DNA from: a virus | Taxonomy: Duplodnaviria; Caudoviricetes | Strand: one strand, 5' to 3' | IMG/VR virus record: IMGVR_UViG_3300020161_002395 | Span: 100,711-164,710 of that record | Length of the DNA stretch: 64,000 bases | In this document: one piece after another, positions 28,845 to 37,931 of the stretch | Layout: every line of letters starts with the position of its first letter | Position numbering within the stretch: the first letter of the stretch is position 1 | Notes under the pieces: model-generated | Told to the model about the DNA's origin: nothing | The model's input: only the letters and a program-made list of their open reading frames with translations | Database searches by the model: none | Program-made: the position numbers and the translations under genes

Positions 28845-29879
28845 ATGAAAGTATACGAAATTATTAGTAAAAATGAAGAATTAAACGAAGGAATCAAATC
28901 TAAGGTATTTGGTGGTGCATTGGATGCATTAATGAGAGGAATTGGAAAGGGTTCGACCAAACATGAATTGGAGGAACTAGCTAGATTTATTAATCATGAA
29001 GGTAAATTGGATATTGATTTAATTAGATCAACCCGGAAATGGGGTCCAACATTTGCTGATGAACTAGAAAGAAATCCTGGGTTAGTTAAGAAAATAGAAA
29101 ATTTACATGCAAATAAATTGAAAGATATACAATTTACTAAGAATGTAGCTGACCTTAAAAAAATGACATCTAACATTAAATCTGTTGGTGGAACGTTGAT
29201 AGAATGGATTAAAGCAGCAGCTTCTTTATACATTGGATTTACTGGTTTTATTGAACCAATTCAAACATATATCAATAACATTGACATTGCTGAACAACGA
29301 TATCTTGATACAGGAAACTGGTCAACAGAAGAATTTGAAATATATAGAAGACGAGAAGTAGGTGCATTGGTAGGTAAATTAACAGAATCTATTGTTACAT
29401 TAGGCGCAGCAAAAGTATCAGGTGGAATTGCAAAAGGCATTTTACAAAGACTATCAAAATTATTTGGATTGAAAGGTAATATAGGTCCATTAGGAACTGT
29501 TATTGATGGGTTAACTACTGTTGGTGCAATTGGTGCATTAAAATGGATGAATAATGAACAAAATGCATCTATTATTGCTAATCAACTGGCATCACCTATT
29601 ATTGGTGATATAACGGCCAACGACGTTGCTGGTGGTGCTATTACCACTATGATTGATGCATTCAAAGGGATAAATTCTCAGACATCTGGTCCTAGTACAA
29701 CATCTACTGATAATACCACATTACCGGTGAATACTGCACAACCAGCTAACACAGCCGCTCCTGCTAATGGTCAGCAACCTGCAAGTGCTGCCTACAATCC
29801 AGATGATTGGGAATATTATTCTCCATCATTAGTTAAAAATAAGACGACTGGTGAGATTAATTTCAAGCCGTCAAATTAA
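28845..29879 (+). CDS. Hypothetical protein, possible internal virion/ejection protein
   Basis: 344 aa, preceded by a late-promoter core; N-terminal MKVYEII...ELNEG; Gly/Ala-rich amphipathic segments; P/A/T-rich linker. Confidence 0.6.
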   Translation: MKVYEIISKNEELNEGIKSKVFGGALDALMRGIGKGSTKHELEELARFINHEGKLDIDLIRSTRKWGPTFADELERNPGLVKKIENLHANKLKDIQFTKNVADLKKMTSNIKSVGGTLIEWIKAAASLYIGFTGFIEPIQTYINNIDIAEQRYLDTGNWSTEEFEIYRRREVGALVGKLTESIVTLGAAKVSGGIAKGILQRLSKLFGLKGNIGPLGTVIDGLTTVGAIGALKWMNNEQNASIIANQLASPIIGDITANDVAGGAITTMIDAFKGINSQTSGPSTTSTDNTTLPVNTAQPANTAAPANGQQPASAAYNPDDWEYYSPSLVKNKTTGEINFKPSN

Positions 29880-30107
29880 TGGTAATTGAGTTTTCTTAGT
29901 AGTTTCGATATTTTCTTTAATAATATTATACATTATATCTCGATCTTCGGAGGTGTATCTATCCATTAAATCATTAATAGATACACCTCCTCTCATATAC
30001 CAACTTATCTTGAAATAATCTTCTTTAAGATGTTTAATTTCGTCATCTAGCCTAACTAGATATTCATTTATTTCTTCAGATGATAATCCAATTAGGCGTT
30101 GTCGAAA
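29871..30107 (-). CDS. -1 frame C-terminal extension of the gp26-like chaperone (GT-like product)
   Basis: Open frame FRQRLIGLSSEEINEYLVRLDDEIKHLKEDYFKISWYMRGGVSINDLMDRYTSEDRDIMYNIIKENIETTKKTQLPLI*, beginning at the slippery site; no ATG until codon ~38. Confidence 0.65.
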   Translation of the reverse strand, partial: FRQRLIGLSSEEINEYLVRLDDEIKHLKEDYFKISWYMRGGVSINDLMDRYTSEDRDIMYNIIKENIETTKKTQLPLI

Positions 30108-30916
30108 AAATTTGAATAATCTAGATCTATATTAAGAAATGCTTCTTGACCGCATTCACATTTAACTGACATTGGAGGAATACTCCATTGTCTTTTTGTA
30201 TTTTCAATTTGTGCTTTTATGGCATCGGTAATTTCTTTATCACAATTCTCAACCCATTCTAAAATAAAACCACGTTCAGAAACTGTCATATCTGCAGTTT
30301 GCACTGAATCTATACTAGCAACAATTGAATCTTTTTGAATCTCTGCTAATTCCAACCATAATTGATTTATTGATTCTTGTTGTTCATCTTTTGATTCTAA
30401 TTTTTCTACTTGTGATAATTTCTGTCTTAATTCAAAATTCTTGATATTAAAATCAGTAAATTGTTTATAACTAAATGGTTTAGTTTTTATAATTAAATCT
30501 CTTATTACTATTCTATTATCATATTTACATGCCATTAAATGGTCTATTCCATTTGATAATTCAGCGGTATACTCATTAACTTCACCACATGCCTTGCATA
30601 CGTGACCGATAGTCATATCATTTCCATATGTTGCAATTTTTATAGCAGCAAAAATTAATTCACTATCTAATGTTGAAATATCCCAGCCATCTTTAATAGT
30701 TGGGCAACAACTTTGAATAATTTTTACAGAGCTTTCTCCTGATAATAATGCATCTGGTGTTTTTGCAATAATCTCATCCATACCTGTCATACCATAAACT
30801 GGTAATCTATCTGTTGGTCCATCAATTGTACCAATTCTGTTATAAATTCCTTTACTTGGTAAATCAATAAAAATTTTTGGTTGTCTAAAATAATTCTGCA
30901 ATGGATTTGCTGACAT
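30092..30916 (-). CDS. gp26: Baseplate hub/tail assembly chaperone, T4 gp26-like
   Basis: 'NPLQNYFRQPKIFIDLPSKG', 'IKIATYG', CKAC and C-E-C zinc motifs; divergent from the tape-measure-like gene. Confidence 0.7.
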   Translation of the reverse strand: MSANPLQNYFRQPKIFIDLPSKGIYNRIGTIDGPTDRLPVYGMTGMDEIIAKTPDALLSGESSVKIIQSCCPTIKDGWDISTLDSELIFAAIKIATYGNDMTIGHVCKACGEVNEYTAELSNGIDHLMACKYDNRIVIRDLIIKTKPFSYKQFTDFNIKNFELRQKLSQVEKLESKDEQQESINQLWLELAEIQKDSIVASIDSVQTADMTVSERGFILEWVENCDKEITDAIKAQIENTKRQWSIPPMSVKCECGQEAFLNIDLDYSNFFDNA

Positions 30917-30927
30917 TAATATCTCCT

Positions 30928-30950
30928 GATAAATATAAGAGTATTTATAT
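30928..30950. promoter_or_regulatory. Overlapping divergent late promoters
   Basis: Plus-strand GATAAATA (~30928-35) and minus-strand TATAAATAC (30941-49) between the chaperone and tape-measure genes. Confidence 0.55.
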
Positions 30951-30975
30951 ACGCATATTTTTGGAATTTTTTATT

Positions 30976-33186
30976 ATGGCTGATCAAGAAATAGTCAATG
31001 GGTTTAAGGAAGCATTAAACTCTGTTTTTGGTGGGAATTCATCAACTACTGGTGGGAAAAATGTAACTTCACCTTCACTGGATGTTAGTAAAATCACTCA
31101 ATCATTATTGCAATTGAGTGGATCGATTGCGCCTGTTATTACTGGATTTAATAATCTAAGTAGTTCAACTACTGCATTTTCTGACACAATGAAAACCGCT
31201 GCTAGTAAACTACCGGTTGGCGGAGGTGCTGTTAAGACCATTATTGAAGGCCGCGACACTGTTAATGAAGCAGGAAAGCAAGGTTTAGCCAATAGCAGTT
31301 TCACCGCCTTGAATCAACAAGCTGCACAAGCCGGTATGACAATTAATGAATATACAAAAACCATGCGTGATGCAGATGGAAGATTACAAGGGTTTGGTAG
31401 AAATGCTAGTGTCGCTGGTGAAAATTTTTCAGATACCGTTAAACGCTCATTAGAAGGCCCGTTGGGACAACAAATGATTGCTGCTGGTATTAATACTAAC
31501 GAAATCGCTAAAAGCACCGCAGTAATGGGTATGGCTACTAGAGCTAACATGAGTGATGCCAAGGCTCGACAGGATTTAGCAAATGCTGGGGCGGCGCTAT
31601 CATTGCAACTCGATGAAACTGCTAGACTTACTGGTAAAAGTAGAGATGCAATTGCTGATGAAATGGCGGCAAAAACCAAGTCGGCACAACGGCAGTTAGA
31701 ATTACAATTAATGACTGAAGAACAACGTGCCCAATTCCAATTAACACAAGGGAAATTATCTGCACTTGGACAGCCTATCATGGATGCAGCTGCCAATATT
31801 GCAGCTGGAACAAAGCTAAGTGAGGATACAAAAAATACTTTAATAGCATTGGGTGGAGCAGGAGATGAACTTCAACGTGCGGTTAAAGCCCAACAAAATG
31901 CTACAACGGCAGCTGAAAAACAAGCTGCTGATGCAGCATTAGAAAAAGCGAAAGCTGATATTCTGGCTAGAACGCAATCAAGCGAATATGCTAATTGGGC
32001 CCTAAACAGTACCGGTGCATTGCAATCTCAGCTGATTAAAATAAAAGATGGAACAATTGCCGCTGAAAACGCACAACGAGCAGCAGTTGACTATGCTAAA
32101 ACTACAGGAGCAGATCCAACAAAGGCAGTAGATGCCGCAAAAGCAGAAGTAATTCAGAATCAACAGCTTAAAGATGCTCAGGGAAGACAACTTGAGGGTG
32201 CAGTTGTCATGGGTGAACTTAATAAATCAGCAGAGGGTATGAGAAAAACAGCAGTTGGTGCTGCTGGGGCATTGGACACCTTGAATAAAGAATTAGGAAA
32301 AACACCAGAACGATTAAAGCCGATATCTGATGTATTAAAAACACTTGGTGATTATAATAAAACTAGTGATCAGAATAGAAAAAATTTCGAAGATTTAAAA
32401 AATATTATAAAACCAACTACTGAAACAAAACCAGCTACTGAAACAAAACCAACCGAATCAACGCCTGGTGGAATTAAGCCGTCTGATATTGTACCTGGTA
32501 CACCGTTAGAAAAAAGACATACTGGTTCATTTGGTAAAAAAGGTACTGATATAGAAGATTTTGGTGAAAATACTCCAATGCTTCTTGGTGGTAAAGAATC
32601 AGTAATGACGGAGAGTAGATATAATGAAATGGTTGTAAAACCAAATGAAGTTATATCACAATTACCTAAAATGTTTTCTTCAATCACTGATGGTGTTAGT
32701 AATATAGATTTTTCTAAACAATTTGAATCATTAAAGGGAGAATTGAACAAAGAACCTCCAAATAAAGACACTACCCCAATCATGAATCAATTTGAATCAT
32801 TAAAGGGAGAATTGAACAAAGAACCTCCAAATAAAGACACTACCCCAATCATGAATCAATTTGAATCATTGAAGGATGTACTGGTTTCTCAAGTATCTAA
32901 TTTCCCAGAATTCAAACCAGAAATGTTTAATATTGCACCACAAATTTCATCATTAATTGAAAAAATAAAACCAGTTGAACAAAAACCTGAGCCAAAAATT
33001 GAGCAACCCCCTGTTAAAGAAAAACAATCTGAAGAAATTCATACAATAACAATAAAAGATCTACACGATGTGATGATTGATGTAAATAAGAATATAATGC
33101 TTATGGTAAATCACACCGAATCAATAAGTGATTCTAGCAACAAATCTGCAAGGTATGCTAGTGAATCAACCGGATCTAGAATATAA
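30976..33186 (+). CDS. Tape-measure-like protein
   Basis: Long Ala/Gln-rich helical protein next to the assembly chaperone; likely start ATG 30976 (MADQ). Confidence 0.6.
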   Translation: MADQEIVNGFKEALNSVFGGNSSTTGGKNVTSPSLDVSKITQSLLQLSGSIAPVITGFNNLSSSTTAFSDTMKTAASKLPVGGGAVKTIIEGRDTVNEAGKQGLANSSFTALNQQAAQAGMTINEYTKTMRDADGRLQGFGRNASVAGENFSDTVKRSLEGPLGQQMIAAGINTNEIAKSTAVMGMATRANMSDAKARQDLANAGAALSLQLDETARLTGKSRDAIADEMAAKTKSAQRQLELQLMTEEQRAQFQLTQGKLSALGQPIMDAAANIAAGTKLSEDTKNTLIALGGAGDELQRAVKAQQNATTAAEKQAADAALEKAKADILARTQSSEYANWALNSTGALQSQLIKIKDGTIAAENAQRAAVDYAKTTGADPTKAVDAAKAEVIQNQQLKDAQGRQLEGAVVMGELNKSAEGMRKTAVGAAGALDTLNKELGKTPERLKPISDVLKTLGDYNKTSDQNRKNFEDLKNIIKPTTETKPATETKPTESTPGGIKPSDIVPGTPLEKRHTGSFGKKGTDIEDFGENTPMLLGGKESVMTESRYNEMVVKPNEVISQLPKMFSSITDGVSNIDFSKQFESLKGELNKEPPNKDTTPIMNQFESLKGELNKEPPNKDTTPIMNQFESLKDVLVSQVSNFPEFKPEMFNIAPQISSLIEKIKPVEQKPEPKIEQPPVKEKQSEEIHTITIKDLHDVMIDVNKNIMLMVNHTESISDSSNKSARYASESTGSRI
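32719..32870 (+). repeat. Exact 69-bp in-frame tandem duplication (2.2 copies)
   Basis: QFESLKGELNKEPPNKDTTPIMN x2 plus QFESL; units start at 32719, 32788 and 32857. Confidence 0.92.
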
Positions 33187-33232
33187 GGAAATATAATAAT
33201 GAACGAACAATACAATGAAGTGGGGTGTATAA

Positions 33233-36200
33233 ATGACATGGCGTAAATACTTCACTCCTGTGGCAACAAATACAGAATTAAGCCCAATTTCTGGTAATAC
33301 ATCAAAGGCTGGTCCAGCTAGAACAAATTATTCTAGTTATTTACCAGATGTTTATTCAGGAAGTCCAAATAGAATTGAGAGATATCAGCAATATGAAGTA
33401 ATGGATAGTGATCCAGAAGTAAATGCAGCTCTTGATATTTTAGCAGAATTCTGTACCCAAAAATTAAAAGATGGTAAGAGCCCATTCACAGTTAAATGGC
33501 GCAGTAAAGCTACCAATTCAGAAGTAAAAATTCTTGGTGAATACCTCCAACAATGGAATAAATTACAACAATTCGACACCAGAATTTTTAGAATCGTCAG
33601 AAATGTTTACAAGTACGGTGATGCATTTTTTATTCGTGATCCAGAGACACAAAAATGGTCATGGATAGATCCTAGTAAAATTGTAAAAATTATTGTTAAT
33701 GAAAGTGATGGTAAAAAACCTGAGCAATATATCGTTAAGGATTTGGCTCCGAATTTTGAAAATTTAGTAGTTACACAAATTACTCCTAATATTAATCCAA
33801 GACAGGCTGGTGGTGGAATGACTTCTGGTGCTGGATATATGGGTTCTCAATCCGCGCAGAGAGGATCATCTGGACCATATCCTAGTTCTAGTTCTGGTAG
33901 TAGATTTGGATTAGCGGAAACTGAACATGCTATTGATGCTGAACATGTAGTTCATTTATCGTTATCAGAAGGATTGGATAACAACTACCCATTTGGTAAT
34001 AGTTTATTAGAAAATGTCTATAAAGTTTATAAACAAAAAGAGTTATTAGAAGATGCTATTTTAATTTATCGTATTCAACGTGCACCTGAACGTAGGGTAT
34101 TTCATATTGATGTCGGTAATATGCCATCACACATGGCAATGGCCTTTGTTGAACGTGTTAAAAACGAAATACATCAACGTAGAATTCCTAGCCAGTCTGG
34201 TGGCGGATGTTTTGCAATGGACACAAGAGTTCCATTATTGGATGGTCGTTCGTTGACAATAGCAGAATTAGCTAACGAATTTAAACAAGGAAAAGAAAAT
34301 TGGGCATTCAGTTGTAATCCAGAAACTAGAGAAATGGTACCAGGATTGATTACTTGGGCTGGAGTAACACAGCGTTCAGCAAAAGTAATAGAACTAGTGC
34401 TGGATAATGGTGAAACCATTATATGTACGCCAGAGCACAATTTTCCAATCGTTGGTAAAGGTAAAGTTGAAGCGAAAGATATTATAATAAATGAGGATAG
34501 CTTAATTAGTTTTAATACTAGGTTATATTCTATTAATGAAAAAAATAATGTTTCAGACCCACAATACCACCAGTATTTTGAACATAAAACAAATAAATGG
34601 GTTTTTACACATAGAAAAATTGCTAATTTTTTCAAGGATAGATCCCAGCATAATGAAATGGTATATTCAATTGTATCTGAAAAAAAATCAGTAATCCATC
34701 ATAAAGATTTCAACAAATACAATAATACTCCATCAAATTTATGGTTTATGAACGGCTATGATCATTTTATATTGCATTCAGAACAGTATAGTACATATCA
34801 CAATACATTGTCAGATGATGAAAAACGCCAAATTATTGAAAAAGGAAAAATCACAAAACTTAATAAATCACCAGACGAACGAGCAAAAATCTTTTCTAAA
34901 ATATCGTCTGGGAATAAACAAGCTTGGAAACGTATGAAATCTGATAAAGTCAGGTATGAAATCAGAAAAAAACAATTATTGAACAATTTAACATTTCGTA
35001 ATGAGCCATGGCAAAATCAACCACTAAAAGTCAATGACAGAATGATTGAAATATTAAAAACAATTGTCAAAGATGCAAATATAACAAAACGAGATGCAAG
35101 TAAAATACTTTCATCAACTGATGAATTTATGCAAATTTACAATGCGTTGAATAGTAAAGAAGATAAGAAAATATGCAAATTAACCCCGTATATTTCAAGA
35201 TCTACTATTGATACTATATTAAATAATTATGGATATTCATCTTGGCTACAATTTTTACGGGAGCAAGGAAAAAATAAAAGCCAGCCAGTACGTAAATTGA
35301 AATGGGACATATCTATGTTAAAAATTTTAATAGATATTGTCAAAACTAACGATATTAAATATAAAAGCGAAGCATATAATGCTATTTCAGAAAATAATAA
35401 TTTTTTAAATATTTTTAAGCAATTAAATAAAGATATCAAAGGAAATTCTAATATTAACAATTTTTCTAAAAATACTTTTAATGTATTTTTGAACGACATG
35501 GGGTATAACTCTTGGAAAGATTTTATGGATTGCAAAAAAGAATTCAACCATAAAGTTGTATCAATTCGAGAACTTGATGACTGTATCGAAGTTGGTACAC
35601 TTACTATTGATGGGGCTGAACTTTATCACAATTTCCATACGTTTGCAATTGAACACGGGGTATATACATACAATTCTAATGTTATCGACAGTGCGTACAA
35701 TCCATTATCAATAAATGAGGATTACTTCTTTCCAATGACTGCTGATGGTCGTGGAAGTAAAGTAGATGTTTTACCTGGTGGTACTAATTTAGGTGAAATT
35801 GATGATTTGAAATATTTCACAAATAAATTATTCCGTGGTTTACGTATTCCTAGTTCATACTTACCGACTGGCGCAGATGATAGCCAAGCATCATTTAATG
35901 ATGGTCGTGTTGGAACAGCATATATTCAAGAATTAAGATTTAACAAATATTGTGAAAGATTACAATGGTTAATAACGGAATCGTTTGATTCAGAATTCAA
36001 AATGTATATGAATTCATGTGGAGTTAATATTGATTCAAATTTATTTGAATTAAATTTCAATCCACCAATGAATTTTGCAAGTACGAGACAAAGTGCATTA
36101 GATAGTGAACGTATTAATACATTTAATACAATTCAACAAGTACCATTTATGAGTAATAGGTTTGCATTAAAACGATTCTTAGGATTATCAGATGATGAAA

Positions 36201-36436
36201 TGGCCGATAATGAACGGTTGTGGGCAGAAGAAAATGGTAAAGGAATGCCAACTCATACTGATGCAGCTGGAGAAATGCGTAGCGCTGGGTTATCTGCTGC
36301 TGGTATAGAAGGCGATTTGGGAATGGCCGGTGATTTAACAGCACCAGATGGAATGGAAGGAGATATGCCTATGGATATGTCAGGTACTGCAGCTCCACCA
36401 GTTGCAAGCGCACCATCTACAGCACCCGTGGCATAA
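33233..36436 (+). CDS. gp20: Portal protein (gp20-like) containing an intein
   Basis: 'LLEDAILIYRIQRAPERRVFHIDVGNMP', 'EDYFFP', 'LPGGTNLGEIDDLKYF...LRIPSS', 'ELRFNKY'. Confidence 0.93.
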   Translation: MTWRKYFTPVATNTELSPISGNTSKAGPARTNYSSYLPDVYSGSPNRIERYQQYEVMDSDPEVNAALDILAEFCTQKLKDGKSPFTVKWRSKATNSEVKILGEYLQQWNKLQQFDTRIFRIVRNVYKYGDAFFIRDPETQKWSWIDPSKIVKIIVNESDGKKPEQYIVKDLAPNFENLVVTQITPNINPRQAGGGMTSGAGYMGSQSAQRGSSGPYPSSSSGSRFGLAETEHAIDAEHVVHLSLSEGLDNNYPFGNSLLENVYKVYKQKELLEDAILIYRIQRAPERRVFHIDVGNMPSHMAMAFVERVKNEIHQRRIPSQSGGGCFAMDTRVPLLDGRSLTIAELANEFKQGKENWAFSCNPETREMVPGLITWAGVTQRSAKVIELVLDNGETIICTPEHNFPIVGKGKVEAKDIIINEDSLISFNTRLYSINEKNNVSDPQYHQYFEHKTNKWVFTHRKIANFFKDRSQHNEMVYSIVSEKKSVIHHKDFNKYNNTPSNLWFMNGYDHFILHSEQYSTYHNTLSDDEKRQIIEKGKITKLNKSPDERAKIFSKISSGNKQAWKRMKSDKVRYEIRKKQLLNNLTFRNEPWQNQPLKVNDRMIEILKTIVKDANITKRDASKILSSTDEFMQIYNALNSKEDKKICKLTPYISRSTIDTILNNYGYSSWLQFLREQGKNKSQPVRKLKWDISMLKILIDIVKTNDIKYKSEAYNAISENNNFLNIFKQLNKDIKGNSNINNFSKNTFNVFLNDMGYNSWKDFMDCKKEFNHKVVSIRELDDCIEVGTLTIDGAELYHNFHTFAIEHGVYTYNSNVIDSAYNPLSINEDYFFPMTADGRGSKVDVLPGGTNLGEIDDLKYFTNKLFRGLRIPSSYLPTGADDSQASFNDGRVGTAYIQELRFNKYCERLQWLITESFDSEFKMYMNSCGVNIDSNLFELNFNPPMNFASTRQSALDSERINTFNTIQQVPFMSNRFALKRFLGLSDDEMADNERLWAEENGKGMPTHTDAAGEMRSAGLSAAGIEGDLGMAGDLTAPDGMEGDMPMDMSGTAAPPVASAPSTAPVA
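34208..35674 (+). mobile_element. Intein (489 aa) with HNH-type endonuclease domain
   Basis: Block A CFAMDTRV, block B 'IICTPEHNF', HNH 'VIHHKDFNKYNNTPSNL...H', block F/G 'VGTLTI...HTFAI..GVYTYN' then Ser+1. Confidence 0.9.
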
Positions 36437-36443
36437 ATACAAT

Positions 36444-36686
36444 ATGATTTTAAGAGAACTATTTTATATTGACCCGGATACTAGGCACGTAGCCAATGAC
36501 TTACGTTATAGTCCTGAGCGTGACACTACAACTATGCATCGAGGAGATACTCGTAAAACTAGGTTGACATTTAGACAACTGAATGAATTGCGTAAAAGTA
36601 GTGAAGCGCACCTATTAGAACAGGAAAGTGAATTACAATTTATTCATGATATGTATGCTGCACCACCACCTGCATCGCCAATGTAA
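36444..36686 (+). CDS. Small head-module protein (hypothetical)
   Basis: MILRELF...DTRKTRLTFRQLNELRK; follows ATAAATAC at the portal stop. Confidence 0.65.
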   Translation: MILRELFYIDPDTRHVANDLRYSPERDTTTMHRGDTRKTRLTFRQLNELRKSSEAHLLEQESELQFIHDMYAAPPPASPM

Positions 36687-36797
36687 TTATTTAAAAAAAA
36701 TATAAATAAAAAACTGGCGTTTTTTATGCATTTGAGCACTATTTTTGATAAGTAGTGTAAATATATTACAGCCTTGAAAATATCACAGGAGATTAAA

Positions 36798-37712
36798 ATG
36801 ACTGATAGAGCACAATTTGAAGCTATGCTTGAAGCGTTGATTAATGAAGATCAAGAAACAGCAAAAGAAATTTTCCACAACATTGTTGTTGGAAAATCAC
36901 GTGAAATTTACGAAGAATTATTAGAATCAGATTTCCCAGGAGAGGAAGAAGAGGAAGAAGAAACAGACATGGATTCTGAAGAAGATGATGCTGAAGATGA
37001 TTCAGAAAATCCGTTTGACTCTGATGACTCTGATGATGAAGAACCAGCATTCGGCGATGATGAAGATGATGGTGAAAGTGAAGGCGAGCTAGAAGATCGC
37101 GTATTAGACTTAGAAGATGCGTTAGAAGAATTGAAAGCTGAATTCGACCAATTGTTATCTGGTGAAGAAAGTGAGCCAGAACACGCTGATATGTTTGGTG
37201 GTGATGAAGAAGGTGATGAATTTGGTGGTGATGAATTTGGTGGTGAACCAGAAGACGAATTTGGTGCTGATTTAGGTGATGATGATGCGGAAGTTAAAGA
37301 AGTACATATTACACACCAATTTGTAAGAGAATCAGATGATGAATTCAATCAATTCATGGAATATGTAAATAAAGTTGCATTACCAAAACATGGTGATAAC
37401 GGTATTCAAAACAAATCAGTTATCGATAACATGAAAAATGATATGGGTGGAACAACTGCTAACATCGCACAAAACTTTTCTACAACATCAGGTGGTACAA
37501 AAGGTGGTTTAGCTAAACCTTCTACACAACTTCAAGATGGTGGAAACATCAATAAACCAGGTGCAAATGCAGGTAAAACCGCATTCAAAACAAAACAACC
37601 AGGTGGATTTGGTGACAATAAAGGTAATAAAGTAGTTGGTGCAGGTTCTGGTAAACCAAATTCTGTATCAGGTGTAAACAATAAAAGTTTAACCAAAAGA
37701 TTAGGAAAATAA
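36798..37712 (+). CDS. Acidic prohead core protein (gp67/68-like position)
   Basis: AGGAG RBS; very D/E-rich, between portal and protease. Confidence 0.65.
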   Translation: MTDRAQFEAMLEALINEDQETAKEIFHNIVVGKSREIYEELLESDFPGEEEEEEETDMDSEEDDAEDDSENPFDSDDSDDEEPAFGDDEDDGESEGELEDRVLDLEDALEELKAEFDQLLSGEESEPEHADMFGGDEEGDEFGGDEFGGEPEDEFGADLGDDDAEVKEVHITHQFVRESDDEFNQFMEYVNKVALPKHGDNGIQNKSVIDNMKNDMGGTTANIAQNFSTTSGGTKGGLAKPSTQLQDGGNINKPGANAGKTAFKTKQPGGFGDNKGNKVVGAGSGKPNSVSGVNNKSLTKRLGK

Positions 37713-37715
37713 AAT

Positions 37716-37931
37716 ATGTTATATCTCCGAGAAAACCTCAGTTTCAACGAAGCACAAATGATCGTTGAATCTGACGATAGAGAAGGTAAAACATTGCATA
37801 TGTCTGGTATCTGCATTCAAGGCGGTATCCGTAATGCAAATCAACGTGTTTACCCTGTGAGCGAGATTAGCAAGGCTGTTAAGACCCTTAACGATCAGAT
37901 TCAAAACGGTTATTCAGTACTCGGAGAATGA
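37716..37931 (+). pseudogene. Truncated 5' fragment of the prohead protease (probable original allele)
   Basis: 71 aa; last 47 aa are 43/47 identical to the downstream protease; stops at GE just before the VDHP motif. Confidence 0.8.

Noticed and set aside
36940-37290. GAA/GAT-rich repeats as a DNA repeat element
   Set aside because: Explained by the acidic low-complexity coding sequence of the core protein.
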